Source: Candidatus Marinacidobacterales bacterium
GTDB taxonomy: Bacteria; Acidobacteriota; Vicinamibacteria; Marinacidobacterales; DATDRI01
DNA length: 64,000 bases
Assembly: GCA_965226495.1 (NCBI GenBank)
Contig: OZ245365.1
Span: forward strand, 1,952,001-2,016,000
Reading direction: 5' to 3'
Positions 21,938 to 31,276 of this stretch are shown piece by piece. The stretch's first letter is position 1. Each line of letters starts with the position of its first letter. Both the position numbers and the translations under genes were made by a program. The notes under the pieces are model-generated. The model searched no databases, had not been told where the DNA came from, and was given only the letters and a program-made list of their open reading frames with translations.

Positions 21938-22972
21938 TTGCTGAGCGAGGTCTTGGGGCCTTTCTGGCGACGCTTCGCTTGGGCGAGCGGCTACTTCGTT
22001 GCCATTCTCCTGATGGGTACGGTGGCGTACCGATTCATCGAGCAGTGGGACTGGTTCAATTCGTTCTACATGGCAGTCACCACGGTGAGCTCCGTGGGAT
22101 TCATGGAAGTCGAGCCCCTCTCTCCGGGTGGGCGAGTCTTTACGATGTTGCTGATTGTCTTTGCCGTCACTGGACTCGGGATCTGGTGGGGTCTCACAAC
22201 TGCGCTCATCGTCGAGCTCGATCTGGGTGGGGTGCTGCGGAGGCGTCGAATCATGAGGAAAGTCTCAGAGCTGACGAACCATTTCATCGTTTGCGGTGGG
22301 GGACGAATGGGGAGGGTCGTTGTGGAGGAGCTGTACACAACGGGTAAGCCCTTCGTCGTCATTGAGCGGGATGCTGCAAGGGCGGCGGCGATTCTGGAGC
22401 AGTTTCCGGGCATCCTTCTTATTGCCGACGACGCGACCAAGGAGCACACCTTGACCGAGGCCGGTATCGAGCGGGCCAGTGGCTTGGCGGCTTGTCTCAC
22501 CGATGACGCAGAGAACTTGTTGTTGTGCCTTACGGCCCGCGGTATGCGTTCCGACATGACCATTGTGGCGAGAGCCGCCTACCAAGAATCCTTGGACAAG
22601 CTCCGGAGAGCAGGAGCCGACCATGTGATGTCACCGATTGTGACGGGCGGTATACGCATCGCTTCCATGCTTCTGCGGCCTTCCGTGGTGAGCTACCTCG
22701 ATGTGGCGACGACCGGCGCCGATGAGATGGCCCTTCGTTTGGAGGAAACGGATATACCGCAGAGCTCTCCTTTGGTTGGACGCTCGCTGTCGGAAGCAAA
22801 GATTCCACAGTGAACGGGGCTCATCGTGATGTCGGTGCGTCACCGCACTGGGGGTGCCACCGCGACCCATAACCCCGGTCCGGAAACGTGCCTCGAGGCC
22901 GGGGACGTTTTGATCGTGCTGGGCCGTCAGGAACAGATCCAGCGGCTGCGGGAGTATGTACAGAAGGGCTAG
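21938..22972 (+). pseudogene. 2TM potassium channel with RCK (TrkA-N/TrkA-C) domains, interrupted by in-frame TGA at 22811-22813
   Basis: TVSSVGF pore, CGGGRMG RCK-N. After TGA the same frame continues 52 codons (TGLIVMSVR...NPGPETCLEAGDVLIVLG) completing TrkA-C, TAG at 22970-22972. Confidence 0.75.
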
Positions 22973-23033
22973 AGGCATGCTAGCGTTTTCTCAGGCCCGG
23001 TGGTAACCTTTTGCGAAAGCAAGGAGAACGAAC

Positions 23034-23903
23034 ATGGCTCGGATCGTACGGGGCGGACTCATTCAAGCGTCTACACCTGGATCAGGGGCGGATCCAATCG
23101 AAAAGATCAAGAAGGCGATGGTGGAAAAACACCTTGGCCTCATCGATGAAGCGGCCGGCAAGGGAGTCCAAGTACTGTGTCTTCAAGAGCTCTTCTACGG
23201 GCCGTACTTTTGCGCGGAACAGAATTCGCGATGGTACGAGCTGGTGGAGCCCGTGCCCGGCGGTCCGGCTACCAAACTAATGCAGGAGCAGGCGAAAAAG
23301 CACGGCATGGTCATGGTGGTTCCCGTCTACGAGGAGCATATGCCCGGTGTCTACTACAACACCGCCGCGGTCATCGACGCCGATGGCAAGTACCTCGGAA
23401 AATACAGGAAGCACCACATCCCGCACTGCGAACCCGGTTTCTGGGAGAAGTTCTACTTCAAGCCGGGCAACTTGGGCTATCCGGTTTTCGAAACGGCATT
23501 TGCCAAGGTCGGCGTTTACATTTGCTACGATCGCCATTTCCCTGAGGGGGCTCGCATCCTGGGCCTAAACGGGGCGGAGATCGTTTTCAATCCTTCCGCT
23601 ACAGTGGCCGGGCTATCGGAGCATTTGTGGCGACTCGAACAACCTGCCCATGCTGCCGCCAATCAGTATTGGATCGGCGCGATCAACCGCGTGGGTCACG
23701 AGCAACCATGGGACATTGGCGAATTCTACGGCTCTAGCTACTTCTGCGACCCGCGAGGGCAAATCGTCACCGAAGGAAGCCGCGACAAGGACGAGGTGGT
23801 AGTCGCCGATCTCGACTTGGACAGGATCGCGGAAGTTCGGCACACCTGGCAGTTCTTCCGGGATCGTCGTCCTGAAACTTACAACGAGATGACGCAGGTG
23901 TAA
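23034..23903 (+). CDS. Nitrilase-family N-carbamoyl-beta-alanine amidohydrolase (beta-ureidopropionase-like)
   Basis: CLQELF, YRKHHIP, FWEKFYF, ICYDRHFPE, NPSAT, INRVG, FFRDRRPETY. Confidence 0.88.
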   Translation: MARIVRGGLIQASTPGSGADPIEKIKKAMVEKHLGLIDEAAGKGVQVLCLQELFYGPYFCAEQNSRWYELVEPVPGGPATKLMQEQAKKHGMVMVVPVYEEHMPGVYYNTAAVIDADGKYLGKYRKHHIPHCEPGFWEKFYFKPGNLGYPVFETAFAKVGVYICYDRHFPEGARILGLNGAEIVFNPSATVAGLSEHLWRLEQPAHAAANQYWIGAINRVGHEQPWDIGEFYGSSYFCDPRGQIVTEGSRDKDEVVVADLDLDRIAEVRHTWQFFRDRRPETYNEMTQV

Positions 23904-23904
23904 C

Positions 23905-25224
23905 ATGAGTACTCCTACGAAGCGGGTTCCCGCCGGCCGCATGACCGGCGAAGAGATCGTCTCCAAGCACCGGCAATACATTTTTCCTTCCGTCGCCAAC
24001 TACTACTCGAACCCTTTGCCCTTCGTCAGAGGCGAGGGAAAGCACTTGTACGATGCCGACGGGCGAGAGTATCTAGATTTCTTTGGCGGAATCCTGACCG
24101 TGAGCCTCGGGCATTGCCACCCGGAGGTCAACGCCCAGGTCAAGGAACAAGTGGATACTTTGCAACACGCTTCCACCCTCTACCCCACTGAGCCCATGGT
24201 GGCGGTGGCGGAAAAGCTGGCCCAAATAACTCCCGGGGATCTGCAACAAAGCGTCTTCACCAACTCGGGGACGGAGGCCAACGAGACCGCCCTCTTGCTG
24301 GCTCAGCTCTATACAGGTTCGGGTGAGGTCGTGGCCTTGCGGCATAGCTATAGCGGGCGCTCCTCCCTCGCTATGTCGGTGACGGGGCAGTCGAGTTGGC
24401 GGCTGGGGGGGACCCACGTTGCCGGGATCAAGCACGTGGCCAATGCTTACTGCTATCGCTGCCCGTTCGGGTTGACCTACCCCAGCTGCGAGCTGCGCTG
24501 TGCGACGGACGTGGAAGAAGCGATCCAGACAACGACGTCGGGCAAGGTGGCCGCGTTCATCGCCGAACCCATCCAAGGTGTTGGAGGTTTCATCACACCG
24601 CCGCCCGAGTATTTCAAGATCGTCGTCGATATCGTTCGCAAGTACGGCGGGGTGTTCATTTGCGACGAGGTGCAGACTGGCTGGGGCCGGACCGGCGATC
24701 ACTGGTTCGGCATCGAGCATTGGGGAGTCGAGCCAGAGATCATGACGTTCGCCAAGGGTATGGCGAACGGTGCACCCATCGGCGCTACGATCACCACGCC
24801 GGAGATCGCGGATAGTATCAAGGGAAGCACTATCTCCACTTTTGGTGGCAACCCCGTCAGCATGAGCGCGGCGCGCGCCGTCATCGACATCATCGAGAGA
24901 GACAATCTCAAGGAAAACGCGCGCGTGGTCGGCGATCACCTCCGTCAGGGTTTGGAGGCCCTCGCCGGTAAGTACCCCGTGATCGGCGATGTTCGCGGCA
25001 AGGGTTTGATGCAGGCTCTAGAACTGGTCGGTGAAGGGAAGGCTCCTGCCCCTCGAGCTACGGCCGCCCTTCTCGAGAACACGCGGGTGGAGGGTCTGAT
25101 CATCGGGAAGGGTGGACTCTACGGGAACGTGATTCGCATCAGCCCTGCCCTCAACGTGACCAAAGGGGATGTGGACGAGGCGCTGCGAATGTTAGACGCA
25201 GCGCTCGCAAACGTGCGTCCCTAG
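23905..25224 (+). CDS. Class III aminotransferase (AGXT2/Pyd4-like, beta-alanine/alanine-glyoxylate type)
   Basis: YLDFFGGILTVSLGHCHP, AEPIQGVGG, DEVQTGWGRTG, AKG, TFGGNP, GKGGLYGNVIRI. Confidence 0.88.
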   Translation: MSTPTKRVPAGRMTGEEIVSKHRQYIFPSVANYYSNPLPFVRGEGKHLYDADGREYLDFFGGILTVSLGHCHPEVNAQVKEQVDTLQHASTLYPTEPMVAVAEKLAQITPGDLQQSVFTNSGTEANETALLLAQLYTGSGEVVALRHSYSGRSSLAMSVTGQSSWRLGGTHVAGIKHVANAYCYRCPFGLTYPSCELRCATDVEEAIQTTTSGKVAAFIAEPIQGVGGFITPPPEYFKIVVDIVRKYGGVFICDEVQTGWGRTGDHWFGIEHWGVEPEIMTFAKGMANGAPIGATITTPEIADSIKGSTISTFGGNPVSMSAARAVIDIIERDNLKENARVVGDHLRQGLEALAGKYPVIGDVRGKGLMQALELVGEGKAPAPRATAALLENTRVEGLIIGKGGLYGNVIRISPALNVTKGDVDEALRMLDAALANVRP

Positions 25225-25233
25225 GGATCGCTA

Positions 25234-26238
25234 TCACTGGAAGCTAGGAACAACGTCGTTCGCATAATGTTCCAGCTGGCGCTCTTCATCTCCGCTCATT
25301 AGATAGAGGTTGAACTGATCGACGCCCGCCTCTATCAGTTCCTCGAGTTTTTGCCGATGCGCCTCGGCAGAACCCACGATGGTGAAGCGGTCGACGATCT
25401 CGTCGGTGATGAAGCCTAAGTGGTCGGCGTCCTTATCGGCGTGCTCTTGATAGTCGTATCCCTTCCGTCCTTCGATGTAGTCCGTGAGCTCTTTCGGCAG
25501 CTCGCCCTCATGGTACCGTTCGACGAGATCTGCGACGTGGTTTCCGACCATGGCCGGGAACCACCGAACTTGGGCTCGGGCTTTCGCGAGGTCGTCTTCG
25601 ATCCACACCGGCGCCGCTGCTAGGACTTTGACGTCCTTGGTCTTTCTCCCGCTCCTCTGAGCGCTCTCTCGAGCGACGCCGGTGAACCAGCGAATGAGAA
25701 ACGGGTCCGCGATCTGGAGGATTAAGCCCTCCGCGACTTCTCCGGTCATGGCGAGCACCTTTGGCCCGTAACCAGCCACCCAAACCGGAAGATTCCCGGA
25801 AGCCCACTTGAGCTGGACCGGCTGACCGTTGTGCACGACCTCTTGGCCGGATGAGAGGTCGCGGATCACTTGAACCGCTGTCCTCAGGCCGGCTACCGTC
25901 GTGGGGCGTTGTCCCAGAACTCGCCGCGAGCTATCGCCGCGACCGATGCCCATATCCATTCGGCCCCCGGAGATGATGTTCAGGGTGGCAAACAGGCTCG
26001 CGGTCACGGTGAGGTCTCGGACCGCCGGATTGGTCACCATCGTTCCGAGTCGGACCTTGCGGGTGTTGGCGGCCAGCAGAGCCAACATCGGGTAAGGCTC
26101 TTTCCAGAGGACGTGCGAATCGAAAGTCCACACGTACTTGAAACCGGCATCCTCGGCCATCTTGGTCAGAGCGACCGTCCGCTCCGGCGACATGTCGCCC
26201 TTGAAGGTGATTCCAAAGTCCAGCCGTCGCTTGGTCAT
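25234..26238 (-). CDS. LLM-class flavin/F420 oxidoreductase (resembles TIGR03842 family)
   Basis: WTFDSHVLW, VTNPAVRD, GIGRGDS, AGYGPK, ILQIADP, VRWFPAMVGNHVADLV, YDYQEH. Confidence 0.85.
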   Translation of the reverse strand: MTKRRLDFGITFKGDMSPERTVALTKMAEDAGFKYVWTFDSHVLWKEPYPMLALLAANTRKVRLGTMVTNPAVRDLTVTASLFATLNIISGGRMDMGIGRGDSSRRVLGQRPTTVAGLRTAVQVIRDLSSGQEVVHNGQPVQLKWASGNLPVWVAGYGPKVLAMTGEVAEGLILQIADPFLIRWFTGVARESAQRSGRKTKDVKVLAAAPVWIEDDLAKARAQVRWFPAMVGNHVADLVERYHEGELPKELTDYIEGRKGYDYQEHADKDADHLGFITDEIVDRFTIVGSAEAHRQKLEELIEAGVDQFNLYLMSGDEERQLEHYANDVVPSFQ

Positions 26239-26447
26239 ACCGACCTCTTTTGAAAGCGCTTGTCCACTGTGCCGCTCTCGCGAGAAGCCCGTGCGGGAGA
26301 AGCCCGTGCGGGCCGTGATGAGGCTTCAGTCTTTCTCAACTCGGCTGGTAGGTCAACAGCGTCTTGTTGACAACCTGCGAAACCATTCCTTATCATCCGC
26401 TCCATATCTCGTTCCCGAAACTGAAAATGCAAGAGTCTCTCCTAAAG

Positions 26448-27908
26448 ATGTCTCGAAGCCGAGGAGGGCTCTACGAGCTCAACGTCGACTCCTTGGAGCC
26501 ACGGCTCTACAACAGAGATCTGGCGCCCACCAAGGTCGCCGAGCGAGGGTGGGGTACGTACGACGTAGCCGCCTTGTGGGTCGGCCTTTCAGTGAACATA
26601 CCGACTTACATGCTTGCCGCTGCGCTTATCGAAGGGGGCATGAATTGGTGGCAGGCGATCCTTACCATCACTTTAGGCAATCTCATCGTCTTGGTACCCA
26701 TGATCTTGAACGCGCACGCCGGGACCAAGTTTGGGATTCCTTTCCCGGTTCTGGCGCGGGTCTCGTTCGGAGTTCTCGGGTCGAATATACCGGCTCTCCT
26801 TCGTTCCTTCGTAGCCTGCGGTTGGTTTGGGATTCAAACCTGGATCGGGGGTTCCGCCATCAATGCGACGATGAACATTGTGTGGCCCGCTTGGTCGAGC
26901 TTCGCATTCGGCCCGGCGGTCTGTTTCATGGTTTTCTGGCTCATCAATATTTGTGTGATCGTCCGTGGACCGGAGAGCATTCGGAAGTTGGAGGGTTGGG
27001 CCGCCCCCTTTTTGATCGTCGCCGGACTGGCGCTCCTGTTTTGGGCGATGTCGCGGGCCGGCGGGCTGGGTCCGATGCTGGCTCGCCCCAGCAGCTTTCA
27101 GTCGTCCGCCGAGTTCTTTCGATTCTTCATTCCCTCGCTCACCGCGATGGTGGGCTTCTGGGCGACGCTAGCTCTCAACATCCCGGACTTGACGCGATTC
27201 GCCCGGGGGCAGAAGGAGCAAATGCTGGGACAGGCATTGGGGCTTCCGCCTACCATGGCTCTCTTTGCGTTCATCGGAGTCGCCGTCACCTCGGCCACCG
27301 TCCTCATTTTCGGCGAAGCGATATGGGATCCGGTGGAACTAATTTCACGGTTGGGGAACCCGTTCGTGGTTGCGGTGGCGATGGTCGCGCTGGCGGTGGC
27401 TACGCTTTCCACGAACGTGGCAGCGAACGTCGTCGCGCCGGCGAACGGATTCGCCAATTTATGGCCGGAAAAAATGACTTTCGCTCGCGGGGGGATTCTG
27501 ACTGGCGTCATAGGCATCGTGATGATGCCCTGGAAGCTTCTGGCCGACTATGGCACTTACATCTTCGGCTGGCTGGTGGGCTATTCCGGTTTCCTCGGCC
27601 CCATCGCAGGCATCTTCATCGTGGACTATTTCTTGATCCGAAAGCAGAACCTCTCCCTCTACGATCTCTATCGCCGCGGTGGGCTGTACGAGTATGAACA
27701 CGGTTTCAATTGGAGGGCGGTGGGTGCGCTGGTCGCAGGGATCCTGGCGGCGCTGGTGGGACTGGTTTTTCCAGTTCTGCGAGTGCTCTACGACTATTCG
27801 TGGTTCGTTGGCTTCGGCGTGGCCGCGGTCGTCTATTACCTGTCCATGCCAGCCGTGCCGCAGCTCGATCTCTCTGTGGTGCCCCTGAGAACCGAGGACG
27901 AAAGGTGA
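26448..27908 (+). CDS. NCS1 nucleobase:cation symporter
   Basis: LYNRDLAP, ALWVGL, GIPFPV, ACGWFGIQTWIGG, FWATLALNIPD, NVAAN, PWKL. Confidence 0.93.
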   Translation: MSRSRGGLYELNVDSLEPRLYNRDLAPTKVAERGWGTYDVAALWVGLSVNIPTYMLAAALIEGGMNWWQAILTITLGNLIVLVPMILNAHAGTKFGIPFPVLARVSFGVLGSNIPALLRSFVACGWFGIQTWIGGSAINATMNIVWPAWSSFAFGPAVCFMVFWLINICVIVRGPESIRKLEGWAAPFLIVAGLALLFWAMSRAGGLGPMLARPSSFQSSAEFFRFFIPSLTAMVGFWATLALNIPDLTRFARGQKEQMLGQALGLPPTMALFAFIGVAVTSATVLIFGEAIWDPVELISRLGNPFVVAVAMVALAVATLSTNVAANVVAPANGFANLWPEKMTFARGGILTGVIGIVMMPWKLLADYGTYIFGWLVGYSGFLGPIAGIFIVDYFLIRKQNLSLYDLYRRGGLYEYEHGFNWRAVGALVAGILAALVGLVFPVLRVLYDYSWFVGFGVAAVVYYLSMPAVPQLDLSVVPLRTEDER

Positions 27909-29095
27909 GCGCTCCGCTGTCAGGGATCACGATTCTAGACCTCTCGCGTATTTTAGCGGGTCCTTACTGCACGATGGTCCTCGGGGATCTGGGTGCAGAG
28001 GTGTTAAAGGTCGAGCCTCCATACGGCGACGATTCTCGCGGTTGGGGGCCGCCGTTCGTCGAAGGGGAAAGTGCGTATTTCCTTGCCGTCAATCGAAACA
28101 AAAGGAGCATTTGTATCAATCTGAAGCGAGCCAGCGGCCGTGACCTCTTGCATCGGCTTGCCGGCAAGGCGGACGTCCTGGTGGAGAACTTCCGGCCCGG
28201 AACACTAGACCGTCTGGGCTTCAGCTACGAGACGATCCGAGCGACTCGCCCGGAGATCATCTATTGCTCGATCTCCGGTTACGGGCACAGCGGACGTCTC
28301 AAGCAGCGGCCTGGTTACGATGCGGTCATGCAGGGAGAAGGCGGGTGGATGAGCTTGACTGGCGAACCCGACGGTCCACCCCTGAAGCTGGGAGCCTCTT
28401 TGGCCGATATCTTCACCGGGACGATGGCGACGCAAGGAATCCTCGCCGCCCTTCACCAACGCAATACCACCGGGAAGGGACAGAAAATAGATGTCGCCCT
28501 GTTCGACAGCGTCTTGGCGACGCTTTGCTACCAGGCGCAGGGCTATCTCCTCACTGGCGAAAGTCCAGAGCGCTTAGGAAATAGGCATCCCTCCTTGTCT
28601 CCATACGAAACGTTCGAGACCTCCGATGGCTATGTGATAGTCGGTGTGGGTAACGACGCGCTCTGGCGTTCATTCTGTCGCGCGGTCGGAAGGCCCGATC
28701 TCGACGAGCCAGGTTTCGAGACCAACGCGCTTCGGGTCGAAAATTATGTCGAGCTCAAAAAACTCCTGGTGCCGATGTTCCTGAGTGGCTCCACCCAACA
28801 TTGGTTGGACGTGCTCGAGCCCGCGGAAATACCGGTGGGACGGGTGCGTTCGGTGCCAGAGGCTTTGTCCAATCCGCAAGCGGTCGATCGGCAGATGCTA
28901 ATCGAGGTAGAGCACCCCACCATTGGCCGAATGAGGATGACTGGCAACCCCATCAAAATGTCTGGCCTTCCGGACGTCCCCGCGCTTCCTCCTCCCCGGT
29001 TGGGACAACATACGGAGGAAGTGTTGTCGGAGAAACTAAACCTCAGCTCAGAGGAAATCGAAGCCCTTCGTGGGGAGGGTGCGCTGGGCTCGTGA
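27905..29095 (+). CDS. CaiB/BaiF family III CoA-transferase
   Basis: PLSGITILDLSRILAGP, VNRNKRS, ENFRPG, SISGYG, PGYD, ADIFTG. GTG start overlaps NCS1 stop (GTGA). Confidence 0.92.
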   Translation: MSAPLSGITILDLSRILAGPYCTMVLGDLGAEVLKVEPPYGDDSRGWGPPFVEGESAYFLAVNRNKRSICINLKRASGRDLLHRLAGKADVLVENFRPGTLDRLGFSYETIRATRPEIIYCSISGYGHSGRLKQRPGYDAVMQGEGGWMSLTGEPDGPPLKLGASLADIFTGTMATQGILAALHQRNTTGKGQKIDVALFDSVLATLCYQAQGYLLTGESPERLGNRHPSLSPYETFETSDGYVIVGVGNDALWRSFCRAVGRPDLDEPGFETNALRVENYVELKKLLVPMFLSGSTQHWLDVLEPAEIPVGRVRSVPEALSNPQAVDRQMLIEVEHPTIGRMRMTGNPIKMSGLPDVPALPPPRLGQHTEEVLSEKLNLSSEEIEALRGEGALGS

Positions 29096-30426
29096 TTCTC
29101 AACAACGCCAACGTCGTTACGTTCTGGGACTCTGAACCGTTCCTCAAAGGTGCGTTGGTCGCCATCGAGGGGAAGGTCATCGTCGATTTCGGCAGCGTGG
29201 GTAAGTTGGCCGACCGATACGACGACGCCGACACTCTCGACGTGGGCGGCCGGATCGTTATGCCCGGACTCATCAACGCGCACACTCATTTGGGCAGAAC
29301 TTTGACACGGGGGATGCCAATCAAAGGGGAAACACCGCGGACCTTTCAAGAGATGCAAGAAGCGCTTTGCTGGAAACCGGATCGGGCTTTGAGCGAGGAG
29401 GACGTCTATCTAGGTACGTTGATAGGGCTGCTGGACTCCGTCCGCGCCGGAGTCACCACTGTAATCGATCACCACTCCAGTCCGGCGGTGGTCCCCGGTT
29501 GCCTCGATTCCGTTTGGAAGGCGTTCTCCGAAGTCGGAGTTCGGGGAGCACTCTCATATGCCGTTTCCGATCGGGACGGCTCTAGGGTGAGTCAGGCCGG
29601 AATCGACGAGAACCGCCGATTCATCGAGCGGTGCAAGGCGGAGGGCTCGGAAATGATGAGCGGATTGTTCGGGCTGGAGGCGTCTCATGCTGTCTCCCAA
29701 CGGACTCTCGAGCAGGCCGTCGCTGCACACCGCGAGGTCGGCGGCGGTTTCCATGTACACGTAGCGGAGGATCGTGGCGATCTCGAGGCCACGCGTCGGG
29801 AGTACGGAGCGACACCGGTCGCGCGCCTGGCTGCTGCCGGCGTTCTGAACAAAGGAAGCCTGGCCGTCCACTGTGTTCACCTGGAAGACTCCGACTATCG
29901 TGAGCTAAAGGTGCGCGGTGTGCGCGCCGTGGTTTGCCCTCAGTCGAACGCGGCATCGGGTGTCGCCGCGGAAGGCACCGCCGATCTGGCCCGCCTTCGG
30001 GGCGCCGGTGTTTCGACCGTGCTCGGCACGGACGGAGTGACCGCCAGCGTGTTCGAGGAGTTCAGAGCGGCGGCGCTCATTCAGCGAGTGATGGGACTTC
30101 CTTCTTCGAGAGCGAAGAGGGAGGCGTTTCAGGCCACGTTCTCGGGCAACGGGTTACTGGCGGCCGAGCTCTTCGGGACGACACTCGGAAAGATCAAGCC
30201 TGGGGCCCGGGCCGACCTCGTGGTGTTGGATCATCAACCGGCAACGCCTCTCACGGTTGAGAATTTCGCGGACCACTTTTTTTTCGGCATGAGCCGAGCG
30301 CCGGTCTACGCCGTCGTTATCAACGGCAGGCTCGTTTTCAAGCAAGGCGTATTTCTCAACCTCGACGAGTCGCGGATTCGGGGCCGGGCCCGTCGAGCCG
30401 CCGAAGCCTTGTGGAAACGCACGTGA
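29092..30426 (+). CDS. SsnA-like metal-dependent amidohydrolase
   Basis: MPGLINAHTH, GVTTVIDHHSSP, SYAVSDRDG, FHVHVAED, LAVHCVH, LGTDG, TPLTVENF. GTGA overlap with CoA-transferase. Confidence 0.8.
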   Translation: MILNNANVVTFWDSEPFLKGALVAIEGKVIVDFGSVGKLADRYDDADTLDVGGRIVMPGLINAHTHLGRTLTRGMPIKGETPRTFQEMQEALCWKPDRALSEEDVYLGTLIGLLDSVRAGVTTVIDHHSSPAVVPGCLDSVWKAFSEVGVRGALSYAVSDRDGSRVSQAGIDENRRFIERCKAEGSEMMSGLFGLEASHAVSQRTLEQAVAAHREVGGGFHVHVAEDRGDLEATRREYGATPVARLAAAGVLNKGSLAVHCVHLEDSDYRELKVRGVRAVVCPQSNAASGVAAEGTADLARLRGAGVSTVLGTDGVTASVFEEFRAAALIQRVMGLPSSRAKREAFQATFSGNGLLAAELFGTTLGKIKPGARADLVVLDHQPATPLTVENFADHFFFGMSRAPVYAVVINGRLVFKQGVFLNLDESRIRGRARRAAEALWKRT

Positions 30427-30428
30427 AT

Positions 30429-30510
30429 AGAGGTGCCTTTCTCCGTTAATCCCTCTCCCTTTGGGAGAGGGCCTGGGTGAGGGCGAGAGGTGCCTTTCTC
30501 CGTTAATCCC
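30429..30510. repeat. Composite REP-like element: two 25-bp direct repeats around a palindromic unit
   Basis: AGAGGTGCCTTTCTCCGTTAATCCC at 30429 and 30486; CCCTCTCCCTTTGGGAGAGGG (30451-30471) recurs exactly at 63298. Confidence 0.8.
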
Positions 30511-30668
30511 GCTCCCCGCTGCGGAGATTCCGGGCGTCAAAAGATGGCGTGCCGCTATCAGTCGAGCCAGACGGGCTTGCGTACGCTGTTGGCCGTCAAA
30601 ATACGCTGTGCCAAAGAAAAATGTGGCCAGACGGCGGGTGAGGGCGCGGTGTTGTTGGGAGACGCGGG

Positions 30669-31190
30669 CTACAACTCAGTAACGGTGACGACGATCTGAG
30701 CCGTCCAGCCATCGGGATCGTTGCCGTTGTTTCTTCCGTCGTGGGGCCAGTCCCGTCCCGCGCCGTTACGGCCGTCGATGGACCAGCCATCGTTATCGGC
30801 GTCGTTCAAGTAACGCCTGAGTCGTCCTGTGGTGTCATCGAACGCCGCGCGATAGTCCGCGTCCGTAAACTGGTCGTTCACGCGATCGATGGCGGCTTGA
30901 AGAGCCACTCGAGCCGCTTCGTTATTCAAGTTCGTCGCGCCGACGGAGTTGCTCAGGTTGTCGACTCCCAACAGTATTTGGCCGATGCGGGCATCGGTCG
31001 TAGTACCTCGACTCCACAGCGCGTCAGAGTCCGAGTTCCGGTAGACTGTGATCAGGGTGGTAATCTCGAACTGCGGTGCGGTCGAGGTCGGGGGCGGAGT
31101 CGTTGGGCTCGGACTCGTTGGACTGCTGTCGCTACCACAAGCAGCAAGTATGGCAACGGCGAGCAACGGGAGGATGGTGTGGATTCTCAT
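30669..31190 (-). CDS. Hypothetical lipoprotein
   Basis: MRIHTILPLLAVAILAAC lipobox, Pro/Ser/Thr linker, Asp/Asn/Gly-rich C-terminal domain. Confidence 0.7.
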   Translation of the reverse strand: MRIHTILPLLAVAILAACGSDSSPTSPSPTTPPPTSTAPQFEITTLITVYRNSDSDALWSRGTTTDARIGQILLGVDNLSNSVGATNLNNEAARVALQAAIDRVNDQFTDADYRAAFDDTTGRLRRYLNDADNDGWSIDGRNGAGRDWPHDGRNNGNDPDGWTAQIVVTVTEL

Positions 31191-31276
31191 GGTGTCTAGC
31201 CTCATGTCAAAGAAGAAAGCTTAGCAACGGACAGAGGTTCTGTCAAAGTGAGATGTTAAATAGAGGAGGACAGCGA

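Noticed and set aside
26138-27697. 519-aa plus-strand ORF
   Set aside because: Alternate frame over the NCS1 gene with Arg/Gly-rich shadow composition.
30429-30510. Possible mini CRISPR array (25-bp repeat, 32-bp spacer)
   Set aside because: Only two repeats, no cas genes, and the spacer is a REP-like element repeated at 63298.
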